The notes below the pieces were generated by a model, which was given only the letters and a program-made list of their open reading frames with translations, searched no databases and was not told the origin of the DNA. The position numbers and the translations under genes were made by a program. A stretch of DNA of 64,000 nt from Patescibacteria group bacterium (lineage in GTDB: Bacteria; Patescibacteriota; Minisyncoccia; UBA6257; 2-01-FULL-56-20): NCBI GenBank assembly GCA_038063755.1, contig JBBTUL010000011.1, positions 71,040 through 135,039 of the forward strand, given 5' to 3'. Within the stretch, counting starts at the first letter, position 1. Each line of letters starts with the position of its first letter. Shown one piece after another: positions 56,277 through 64,000 of this stretch.

Positions 56277-57497
56277 ATGCTCTTACTTGGAATAGCACTG
56301 ATCGTAGTTCTAAACTTTATAGTTTCTATGACCGAAGCGGCAATTCTTGCCGTTCCCCTTCACCGAGCAAAACTCCTCCTCAAAAAAACAAGTCGCTCTC
56401 AGGGAGCGCAAGCACTCATTCATCTCAAAGAAGCGAGTGAAGAGGCAATTACAACTCTCACCTCCCTTTCAAATCTCATAACCGTCGTAGGAAGCGTCGT
56501 CGTTGGTGCAGTTGCAGAAGAAACACTTGGCGCCCATTGGGTTTGGCTTTTCGCCGCAGTCCTTACGTTCGTCATCATGGTCTCAAGTGAGATCATCCCA
56601 AAACGAATTGGCGAAAAATATGCTGAAAGTATTGCATTGTGGTCCGCACCGGCAATCATAGTTCTTTCAAAGGTTTTCCGCCCTCTCACCTTTCTTGTCA
56701 CAAAACTTCTTAAATCCGCCCTTCGAAGAGACGGGAAGCGGCGCATCACTCGAGCGGAAGAAATCGCATATCTTGCAAGTATCGGCGGAATGGAAGGGGC
56801 TATTAGGGAGTATGAGACAAGAATTATTGAGCGCGTGTTTAAGCTTGCGGATATTACGGCGGTCGACATGATGACCCCAAAGCCCTTCGTTCTCATGCTC
56901 GACGGGGATAGAACAATTGGCGAAGCTGCCCATGAAATCGTCGCATGCCGCTACTCAAAAATACCGGTATACGAAAGATCCCACGACAGAATAGTCGGAA
57001 TTGCCCGTCAGTCAACGCTTTTAAAGCATCTCGTGGAAGATGAACAGGGCCTGCAAATTAAGACCCTTGTCGAAGATCCGCTCATCGTTCCGGAGGGTCG
57101 GATTGGAGACGATCTCTTGAAAGATTTTCAAGAAAAAAAGAAATCTTTTGCGATAGTTGTAGACGGCCGAGGACACGTAAGCGGGATTGTCACGCTGCGT
57201 GACGTAATTGAAGAGCTCGTCGGAGAAACGGTTGGGGAAAGAGACATCGCTCCCGAACTCGTCAAGCGCGTATCAAAAACGGAAGTTCTTGTACACGGTC
57301 AAACTCAAATTTCGTTCTTGAACAGATTCTTCAATACGAACATTCCCAATCACCGAAACGTAAATGGTTTCCTGCTCGATGAATTCGGGCATCTCCCGAA
57401 GGTCGGTGAGGTGCTCAAGTACGATGGCGTCGAGATCGAAATTCACGAAGCTGGAAGAAGCCAGATCGAACGTGTTCTTATCCGAAAGCCAGAATAA
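56277..57497 (+). CDS. CNNM/HlyC-CorC family transporter (DUF21-CBS pair-CorC_HlyC)
   Basis: N-terminal 4-TM DUF21, two CBS motifs, C-terminal transporter-associated domain. Confidence 0.8.
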   Translation: MLLLGIALIVVLNFIVSMTEAAILAVPLHRAKLLLKKTSRSQGAQALIHLKEASEEAITTLTSLSNLITVVGSVVVGAVAEETLGAHWVWLFAAVLTFVIMVSSEIIPKRIGEKYAESIALWSAPAIIVLSKVFRPLTFLVTKLLKSALRRDGKRRITRAEEIAYLASIGGMEGAIREYETRIIERVFKLADITAVDMMTPKPFVLMLDGDRTIGEAAHEIVACRYSKIPVYERSHDRIVGIARQSTLLKHLVEDEQGLQIKTLVEDPLIVPEGRIGDDLLKDFQEKKKSFAIVVDGRGHVSGIVTLRDVIEELVGETVGERDIAPELVKRVSKTEVLVHGQTQISFLNRFFNTNIPNHRNVNGFLLDEFGHLPKVGEVLKYDGVEIEIHEAGRSQIERVLIRKPE

Positions 57498-57560
57498 CTC
57501 CTACGCAATTTCCGCATTATAGCAAGCCTCACCCCGACCCGAAGTCGAGGGTTCAGTATA

Positions 57561-59312
57561 CTATGCTACTTCTGCATTGTAGCAACCTTCACAATACACG
57601 ATCTCGGGGCGACCGGGGGCGTAGGAGGTTTTGAATTCTGCGAAGCAAGAAGTATTCCCGTGTGAGTGAGGGATGGTATTTTTGTACACGCCGCTTGTCG
57701 ATTGCGGACCACCACAGTCGCAACTTCGCTTCCATAACCTCGGAGGATTCACTCTTTTAAACCGCGCATAATAGCGACAATTCGGACATAAAACCGGAAG
57801 AGGAACACCAAACCTCCGATAAAGCTGAAGTTCTGCGGGAACGATTCGAAAGGCGGCTGTGCATTTTTCTCCGCACCCACCATCATGACTACAACCGATC
57901 ACCTCATTTACAATGTCATCCTGAACCTCGGTTATCAAGTCAGGAAGCTCTGCGGGCTTCTTCGTTATCGCGTAATTCTTTTTTTCATCATCCTTCCAGC
58001 GCTCTCCATGTCGCAACGCTTCGTCTTTTGAAACGGGAAACCAATCAAGGGCCGCGGATTCGTTGTACGCAAACGGACTAAGCTTGTTCGGAAAAAACTC
58101 GCCATATTCCCCCGTTCGTTTCATATGTTCAGCGATCTTCGCTCTCAATGTCTCAAACTCTTCCTTTGAATATTTTTTATTCAAAATCGCGTAGGAGGCA
58201 TGCTTCAGTCCCGCTGAACCAAACACGTTCGTGCACGAATGACAGTTATTTGAGTACTCCGCATCAACGCATTTCCAGCAAAATACCGTAAACTTATTTC
58301 CCCGAGAGTTATCGGGCGTAACAGATTCATAGCACAACTCCGGGTTTCCGGTGTAAATACAGTCGTACGAATCTTTGGCTCGATCATTTATGACAATGTA
58401 GGATGAATTCTCGATTGGCGAGAAACAGTAAAAGCACTGTTTTGCCGATTTTGCCTCAAGAAGAAAGAACCCCGAGGAGTTGGTTGTTTTGGGGGCGTGT
58501 GTGTACCTTCGCGGAAACTGCAGACTAAATTCACTAAACATTTTTTTGTTCGCTTCGATGCCCGCACGACTTCCGAGATTCAACTTCGCAAGCTCTTTCT
58601 CGTACTCGTCCTTAGCGTACTGTCTGTTAAGGATGCAATATCGCTTGTTTCGCAAACCGACACATAAAACACAGTCAGAGCATCCTCTAAGATCGAACCC
58701 GAACACGCAATTGTTTGAGTCAAAACAAAGTTCACAATATTTGCAGTTATAACACTTATCGCAGTTAATGCTTTCGTACATCAATTCGGAATTATTTACA
58801 TTCCATGCGTCCATAATGTCCTTCGCATGATTCACGATGTACATATAAAGGCCGTTTTCGACGTACCAACCACAAGCCCCAAGATAACAGTTTTTACTAA
58901 ATGCCCAATCGTAGGTATATTCGCAATTCACACTACCAACACCATCGTCGTTCATACTCGATATTGCCGGCACCTTATTCATGAGTTCCTGAAGTTGATC
59001 AAAGAATGGACGTGAAAAATCAAAATCACGCCCATATGAGGCCGGATCCCATCCGTCAGACCACCAGCACCTTACGCAATAGACCGGAAATTCTGTATCG
59101 GGTGGATACATTCCAATCATATCCTTCCTGCACAAATCACACTTGCGGCGATAAAACGTCCGCTCGTTGCGAAATCTTAGCCGACGTTTCAGGCGACACT
59201 CCGGGCACCAGGTCGGATACGGAACGTCTATCTTTTTATAGAAATCGAAATCTTCGGATTCGATCGTGAAATCCTTATGGCAGTTTTGACAAACCTTGAT
59301 TTCACTACTCAT
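57561..59312 (-). CDS. cysteine-rich zinc-ribbon-flanked family protein, paralog F
   Basis: CQNCHKDFTIESEDFDFYKKIDVPYPTWCPECR, then RKCDLCRK...VYCVRCW. Central FGFDLRGCSDCVLCVGLRNKRYCILNRQYAKDEYE. C-terminus AAFRIVPAELQLYRRFGVPLPVLCPNCRY ... PEIVYCEGCYNAEVA. Confidence 0.8.
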   Translation of the reverse strand: MSSEIKVCQNCHKDFTIESEDFDFYKKIDVPYPTWCPECRLKRRLRFRNERTFYRRKCDLCRKDMIGMYPPDTEFPVYCVRCWWSDGWDPASYGRDFDFSRPFFDQLQELMNKVPAISSMNDDGVGSVNCEYTYDWAFSKNCYLGACGWYVENGLYMYIVNHAKDIMDAWNVNNSELMYESINCDKCYNCKYCELCFDSNNCVFGFDLRGCSDCVLCVGLRNKRYCILNRQYAKDEYEKELAKLNLGSRAGIEANKKMFSEFSLQFPRRYTHAPKTTNSSGFFLLEAKSAKQCFYCFSPIENSSYIVINDRAKDSYDCIYTGNPELCYESVTPDNSRGNKFTVFCWKCVDAEYSNNCHSCTNVFGSAGLKHASYAILNKKYSKEEFETLRAKIAEHMKRTGEYGEFFPNKLSPFAYNESAALDWFPVSKDEALRHGERWKDDEKKNYAITKKPAELPDLITEVQDDIVNEVIGCSHDGGCGEKCTAAFRIVPAELQLYRRFGVPLPVLCPNCRYYARFKRVNPPRLWKRSCDCGGPQSTSGVYKNTIPHSHGNTSCFAEFKTSYAPGRPEIVYCEGCYNAEVA

Positions 59313-59352
59313 GAGTTTTTACATTCCGCGTTCAGCTATTTACGCTTTACCC

Positions 59353-60801
59353 TCAAATAAGCGGCTCCGGAGGAAGATTCGACTGTATCGCCGAATGACC
59401 CTTCCCTTCGATAATTGCCTTTTCCTGCGCACTCCGAATAATAGTCGACTCTTCCTCTGCAATAAGTCGTCGCGCGTCATCAGCCGGAATAGAATATTTT
59501 TCTCGCGACTGAGCAAGGATTTCGGGCTTAAACGAACGATGTGGAGGATCAAGAACGGCCAGCGTTTCGGCAGAGAAAGGATCGTACGACTCTCCATCAA
59601 TCGTCATTTTAATATAAAATTCCCGCATCCCAAGATTGATCATGTCTTTTACGTCGAAGATCGGAGCCATTTCTGGTTTAAGCGTCACGGCATCATCCCC
59701 TCCCACGCGAAAGATCACAATACTCCCTACGTTTCCCAAAACCGCTGCTTGAACGCGCGGCAGGAGCTGTCCCATATATTGGTGCGCAACGGTAAGTGCT
59801 AAGCCGTACTTTCTGGCCTCCGAGAGAATATTCTCGAATGTCTCAGTAACCAAGTTTTGAAACTCGTCGACATAAAGATAAAAATCGTGACGCTCGGATT
59901 CGGGCAAGGCAGCGCGAGCCATACCAGCCTGCTTGATCTTGGTAATGAACATCGAACCGAAAAAACTTGAGTTCTCTTCTCCAAGCCTCCCTTTAGAAAG
60001 ATTGATCAAGATAATCTTCTTTTGCTGAATAAGCTCCTCAAGTTTTATTTTGTTCCCTTTTTGTCCGAAAATATTTCGCAGTGTTGGATCTGAAAGAAAC
60101 TGTCCGAGCTTGTTTACGAGCGGAATAATCGCGTCGGTATCGAACTTTTCGGACCAATCCGCAAATTCGATCGCCCAGAAACGCTTTACCATGTCGTCTT
60201 CGATGTATTCGACGACCTTCTGGCGATAGTTCCGGTCAGTAAGCATAGAAATCATACCTCGCATGGTGGCGTGCGGGTAATCAAGGAGCGCTAAAACCGT
60301 GAATCGAAAAACGTGCTCAAGACGCGGCGTCCAGTTCGCGCCAAACTGTTTTTCCATTACTTCAATCAGGCCCTGAGTGAGCTGATGCTTAAACAATGGA
60401 TCAACATTTGCAAGCGGATTGAAAGATGCCGGAAACGCGTGATCTGATGGGTCTATAACGACTACATCCCCTATCCGATTCTCGGGAATGAAATCAAGCG
60501 TCGCTTCGACAACGTCTCCGTGCGGATCAATGAGGCAAAGACCGTATCCTTGCGCAATGTCTTGGCGCATCATAAGTTCAAGCAGCTTCGTCTTTCCAAC
60601 GCCGCTTTTTCCAATTATGTACATATGACGTCGCCGATCTTTCCGTTTGATGCCAAAAATGAAACGTTTCTCTTCAAGCGCCGCAACGTAATTCGTTCTT
60701 CCGATAAAAGAAACTTCGCTCGTGTCTACTTTGCCGTATATCGGCAAATCCGTCGGGGGCGGAGCATATTTGATTATCTGTATTCGATTCGCCTTTGGCA
60801 T
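59353..60801 (-). CDS. soluble VirD4/TraD/TraG-like (T4CP-like) P-loop ATPase (T4CP-like-2)
   Basis: HMYIIGKSGVGKT Walker A, FYLYVDEFQNL Walker B, AHQYMGQLL. The N-terminal region is alignable with T4CP-like-1 (FGIKR.DRR.HMY.IGK). ATGA start/stop overlap with the upstream gene. Confidence 0.75.
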   Translation of the reverse strand: MPKANRIQIIKYAPPPTDLPIYGKVDTSEVSFIGRTNYVAALEEKRFIFGIKRKDRRRHMYIIGKSGVGKTKLLELMMRQDIAQGYGLCLIDPHGDVVEATLDFIPENRIGDVVVIDPSDHAFPASFNPLANVDPLFKHQLTQGLIEVMEKQFGANWTPRLEHVFRFTVLALLDYPHATMRGMISMLTDRNYRQKVVEYIEDDMVKRFWAIEFADWSEKFDTDAIIPLVNKLGQFLSDPTLRNIFGQKGNKIKLEELIQQKKIILINLSKGRLGEENSSFFGSMFITKIKQAGMARAALPESERHDFYLYVDEFQNLVTETFENILSEARKYGLALTVAHQYMGQLLPRVQAAVLGNVGSIVIFRVGGDDAVTLKPEMAPIFDVKDMINLGMREFYIKMTIDGESYDPFSAETLAVLDPPHRSFKPEILAQSREKYSIPADDARRLIAEEESTIIRSAQEKAIIEGKGHSAIQSNLPPEPLI

Positions 60802-61304
60802 CAGATTGCTTCGATTTCCTTCAAAAATGCTTCGTAATCGCCAATTGTCTCCTTGGCATCATCTTGAGAAACAGCAAACCCTGGACTGTGGACAAGATCA
60901 TTGCGAACGCGATGAGCTCGCCAAATACGCGGAAACGACTTCAGTTCATCTGAGGTAAGTCGGGCAAGTCTATCCGCGAAATGTTCTCCAGGAAGGCCGA
61001 GCTGTTTTAAAATGTCGTCTACAAGTCCATCGGCATCGATTATCGCAAATTTTACAGCATCGAGAGATCCGCCTTCGAGGCGCTTCGTGATTTCACTCCA
61101 ACGCTCTGCGATAACGGCGCTTCTCAATGTTCTCTTTCTCTTGTGCTTGGCCGGGTTAAAAACAAAATTTGGTCTGAACTTTAAGAGGCCGGAAATTGAG
61201 AAAACCAAAATCACGACAAGCCCAACATCAAAGACAATAAAGACGATTTTTAAAAAAATAAAGAATCCGCTAAATCCCTCGAAAAAACTTTGAAGTCCTT
61301 GCAT
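60801..61304 (-). CDS. TM-anchored protein with a HEPN-like Rx4-6H motif
   Basis: N-terminal TM helices (FFIFLKIVFIVFDVGLVVILVFSISGLL). C-terminal helical domain with RAHRVRNDLVHSPGF (R-N-x3-H). Confidence 0.5.
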   Translation of the reverse strand: MQGLQSFFEGFSGFFIFLKIVFIVFDVGLVVILVFSISGLLKFRPNFVFNPAKHKRKRTLRSAVIAERWSEITKRLEGGSLDAVKFAIIDADGLVDDILKQLGLPGEHFADRLARLTSDELKSFPRIWRAHRVRNDLVHSPGFAVSQDDAKETIGDYEAFLKEIEAI

Positions 61305-61321
61305 GTGTCTCTATGAGATTC

Positions 61322-62686
61322 TTAATTAAATCGATCCATTGCTCCTTCCTCGCCGTAGATCGGAAGTCCGGCAGGCGGGCCAGCCTTTCGGCTGACGACG
61401 CGCTTAATATGAGGTGCGGTGAGCACCAAAAATGTCGGTGGATGAAATAACGATGAAAGGCAACGGATGTTCATGGGGAAGCTCTTCGCTCCAAAATTCC
61501 ATCCGAAAAGATACGAAGTCATAAGTTTTGAGGTAAACATCTTCGATGGAAGTCGAGGACTCCGGTAGCTCGAAAGCATTCTTTGTTTTCGGTAACGAAC
61601 ACGATACTTTGAGAATATATGAGGCCAGTCCCAAATTTGTCCGCGCGTTTCGACTCCCGGTGTGTTTTTTCGAAATGAGTTCAGGTTGACGGCCGCATAC
61701 TGGTTGAAAGCTCCGCTAATTCCTCTTCTGGGGAAGTTTTCCAAGAATATTTCCTTCGGAGATATGTACATGATGCGAATTCTCGTCTCGAATGCGGGAA
61801 AAGAAAGATTTTCTTCGATAGCCTTCAGGACATCTGTTTCTCCTGGCGTACGCTGCAGTAAGGCACGGCCAAGCGCTTGTTCCTGGCTTGTTGCCTCTGC
61901 GACTTTTTTGACGACGCTGAATGCCGGAAGAATTCCACCCGGAAACTCCGCGGCGGTTCCAACGCTTGATCCTCCTCCTTTTTTCACCCGAAGCATTTTT
62001 TCCTTTCGATCTTTTAGGCTGTCGATTAGTCCTTCAAACTGCACGCTCCAATCAGGACCGAGGGCAGCAACAATAATCTGGATGCCGACAAACTCTCCGG
62101 GCTTTGCTTTTCCCAGGACTTCAAGAAACGCGGAAATCGGATCATATTGCTTGTCTTCGTCGGGAGACTCAAAGTCAAGGTAAGTTTTTATCGGATACGC
62201 AGCGCTCTTCGCCAAAATAAGTTCTGTTCCCCATAGCTCATACCCTCGCTCGTACACCTCTCCCATGTTCCGAGGAAGCGAGTCGAGATATTCTTCCGGC
62301 TGTGTTATCTCGATATCGGGGTAGTAAGAAAAAAACGCCGCCTCGACCAGCTCCTTGTGCTTCTTTGGGGTCCTTACATAAAAATGAATCTCACCGCCAT
62401 GACTTACCATTTCGAATGTAAACCACAGAGTAACTTCTCCCTCCCAGTACCATTCTTTTAGGTTTCCCGGAGCGTTTCTGAGGGAGTGTATCGCGGAAAA
62501 AATTTGTTCCATGCCCTTCGGGCTTTTCTTGATTTCTCTTGGAATATGAAGTTCGAGGAGAACGAACGGGATTCTCCCTTTATATTCTTCTTGACGCCAC
62601 GACATCCACGCGTTCCTGGCGATTGGGAAAAAAATCACAAACACGATGATCCACCAAATGGAAGCGATGAAGTCAAGCAAAAACAT
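61322..62686 (-). CDS. hypothetical membrane protein (454 aa, N-terminal TM then large soluble domain)
   Basis: N-terminal TM IASIWWIIVFVIFFPIA. No NTP-binding motif. Tightly linked upstream of the HEPN-like gene and T4CP-like-2. Confidence 0.55.
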   Translation of the reverse strand: MFLLDFIASIWWIIVFVIFFPIARNAWMSWRQEEYKGRIPFVLLELHIPREIKKSPKGMEQIFSAIHSLRNAPGNLKEWYWEGEVTLWFTFEMVSHGGEIHFYVRTPKKHKELVEAAFFSYYPDIEITQPEEYLDSLPRNMGEVYERGYELWGTELILAKSAAYPIKTYLDFESPDEDKQYDPISAFLEVLGKAKPGEFVGIQIIVAALGPDWSVQFEGLIDSLKDRKEKMLRVKKGGGSSVGTAAEFPGGILPAFSVVKKVAEATSQEQALGRALLQRTPGETDVLKAIEENLSFPAFETRIRIMYISPKEIFLENFPRRGISGAFNQYAAVNLNSFRKNTPGVETRGQIWDWPHIFSKYRVRYRKQRMLSSYRSPRLPSKMFTSKLMTSYLFGWNFGAKSFPMNIRCLSSLFHPPTFLVLTAPHIKRVVSRKAGPPAGLPIYGEEGAMDRFN

Positions 62687-62732
62687 TTGTCATTATTATA
62701 CCATCGTCAGCCTTGTTGTGTGAACGCAGAAA

Positions 62733-62768
62733 ACACAAAAAGCCCCGTTCCGGGGCTTTTTGTTTTGT
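62733..62768. terminator. palindromic, probably bidirectional, rho-independent terminator
   Basis: AAAAA-GCCCCG-ttc-CGGGGC-TTTTTGTTTT, immediately downstream of the sigma-R4 HTH gene stop. Confidence 0.6.
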
Positions 62769-62770
62769 GT

Positions 62771-63811
62771 CTACGCTTCCTTGATGTCGTATGCACCGTC
62801 TTCCTTTCTCGTAAAGTGCTCTCGATTCTGAAGATTAACAAGAATGGTGTTGTTCTTGAAGAGTCGCTCCTTCTGCACGGCAAGCACGACCTCATTTGAC
62901 CTCAAGGGTCCATGTTTTTTAAGAATTTTCATTATGATCTCCCTCGCCGTTCCCGGTTCATATCCGTGTTCCGAAAGACCATAGATACCCCGCCCAACAA
63001 GCACGAAACGAGAATCCTTGATAAGCTCGTTGTGCACCGTTGAGGCAATGGCAACCTTCATGTCAAAACGAGCGTTATTGATAAGACTTGCGATGTCCTC
63101 GAAATGAACCGGTTCCTGATTCCTCTTCATCACCGCGTAGATTCGATCGCGAATTGTTCTCGGATTGATCTCCGGCCAGTCGGAAAGACCAATATCACCG
63201 AAAGAGTTCTTGTGGATTCTCTTCGAGATGCTCGCGTATTCTGCCGCATGTGCAGGAACTATCTTTTTTTCCTTAATGAAGTTTTTAAATTCGGCTTGGT
63301 ATCCGCCATTTAAGATTTTCGCTTTTTGCGCTTTGAGGGCGCTTGCCCACTGCGCTATAAATGCCTTCGCTTTCTTGAGCGATGGTACGTCGAGGTAATA
63401 AAGTGGAGTAATTTCGTCATCACCATTGTGCTCGTGGAAAGCTTTCGACGAAGCAAGTAAAACGGAAAGGTGATTCTCGTGAAGATCTTCGTATGAACCT
63501 TGAAGATTTCCGACCATCGCTTCTTTTCGAATCACTCCTCCAACGTCCTTGAGGCACTTCTTCCCCTGCTTCAAAACGTCTTGTACAAGCGGATGCGTTA
63601 CCGCAGCATCTCCAATAACCTTAAGCGCGGAGGCCTCGATTTGTCGAACCCTTTCTCGAGTCACCCCAAACCGCTTCCCGATCGCATCAAGAGTTTCTCC
63701 TTCAACTGGTCCATTCTTTCCGATACCAAAACGCCCCGCTACAACCTCTTTTTGGCGATCGGTGAGATTCTTAAATAATTGCTGTAATACCTTCGCTTGA
63801 AATGAACTCAT
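62771..63811 (-). CDS. sigma-70 region 4-type HTH DNA-binding protein with a large uncharacterised C-terminal domain
   Basis: LTDRQKEVVAGRFGI ... ETLDAIGKRFGVTRERVRQIEASALKVI is a typical sigma region 4.2 HTH. The remaining ~270 aa are unassigned. Confidence 0.65.
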   Translation of the reverse strand: MSSFQAKVLQQLFKNLTDRQKEVVAGRFGIGKNGPVEGETLDAIGKRFGVTRERVRQIEASALKVIGDAAVTHPLVQDVLKQGKKCLKDVGGVIRKEAMVGNLQGSYEDLHENHLSVLLASSKAFHEHNGDDEITPLYYLDVPSLKKAKAFIAQWASALKAQKAKILNGGYQAEFKNFIKEKKIVPAHAAEYASISKRIHKNSFGDIGLSDWPEINPRTIRDRIYAVMKRNQEPVHFEDIASLINNARFDMKVAIASTVHNELIKDSRFVLVGRGIYGLSEHGYEPGTAREIIMKILKKHGPLRSNEVVLAVQKERLFKNNTILVNLQNREHFTRKEDGAYDIKEA

Positions 63812-64000
63812 GAATCTTGGCTGTTTGATTTAACGTTTATCATTATAAATCGGCCCTTTTCTATTGTCAAGCCCAGATCACGCAGAAACAAGCTTCTCAC
63901 TACCGAACCTACTTCTTCAGAGAAAGCCTCTGCCAAACCACGAGAAGCGGGCTTGCAACGAAAATTGAGGAATAGACTCCGGTCGTCACGCCGACAAGTA

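Noticed and set aside
57561-63811. Interpreting the T4CP-like loci as an integrative conjugative element or conjugative T4SS
   Set aside because: There is no relaxase, VirB4-type ATPase, VirB6/8/9/10 set, integrase or att-like repeats in the window. The ATPases also lack the TM anchor of conjugative coupling proteins.

Overview
The window is about 64 kb, compact and almost entirely coding, with most genes on the minus strand. The gene content and organisation resemble a small-genome bacterium; reading it as Patescibacteria/CPR is inference only. Housekeeping genes I recognise from motifs: def-fmt, ctpA, rplI, rpmA, murC, murD, murG, ftsW, gltX, trmD, msrB, queA-tgt, uvrB, nth, dinB, rmuC, a split comEC, an M23 peptidase, an MsbA-like ABC exporter, FKBP, an RRM protein, CNNM/CorC, and AI-2E and VIT transporters. 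The most striking feature is an uncharacterised family of ~590-aa cysteine-rich proteins flanked by zinc ribbons, present in six full-length paralogs (A-F) plus one decayed N-terminal remnant. At two loci the family sits in tight operon-like arrays with soluble VirD4/TraD-like (T4CP-like) P-loop ATPases. T4CP-like-1 carries a C-terminal zinc ribbon matching the family's ribbons. The second array also carries a TM-anchored HEPN-like protein, a large membrane protein and a sigma-70 region 4 HTH protein. These paralogs and ATPases are inserted into and around the mur/ftsW cell-wall cluster. Other points of note: a UvrD-helicase/RecB-nuclease fusion next to RmuC and an EEP nuclease; two HhH-GPD glycosylases that appear to lack the full [4Fe-4S] Cys ligand set; three GC-rich non-coding stretches that each end in a strong hairpin terminator (candidate sRNAs); a 21-bp perfect inverted repeat; and a family of AAAAAGACCG...CGGTC terminator hairpins. 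I found no tRNA, rRNA or CRISPR array.
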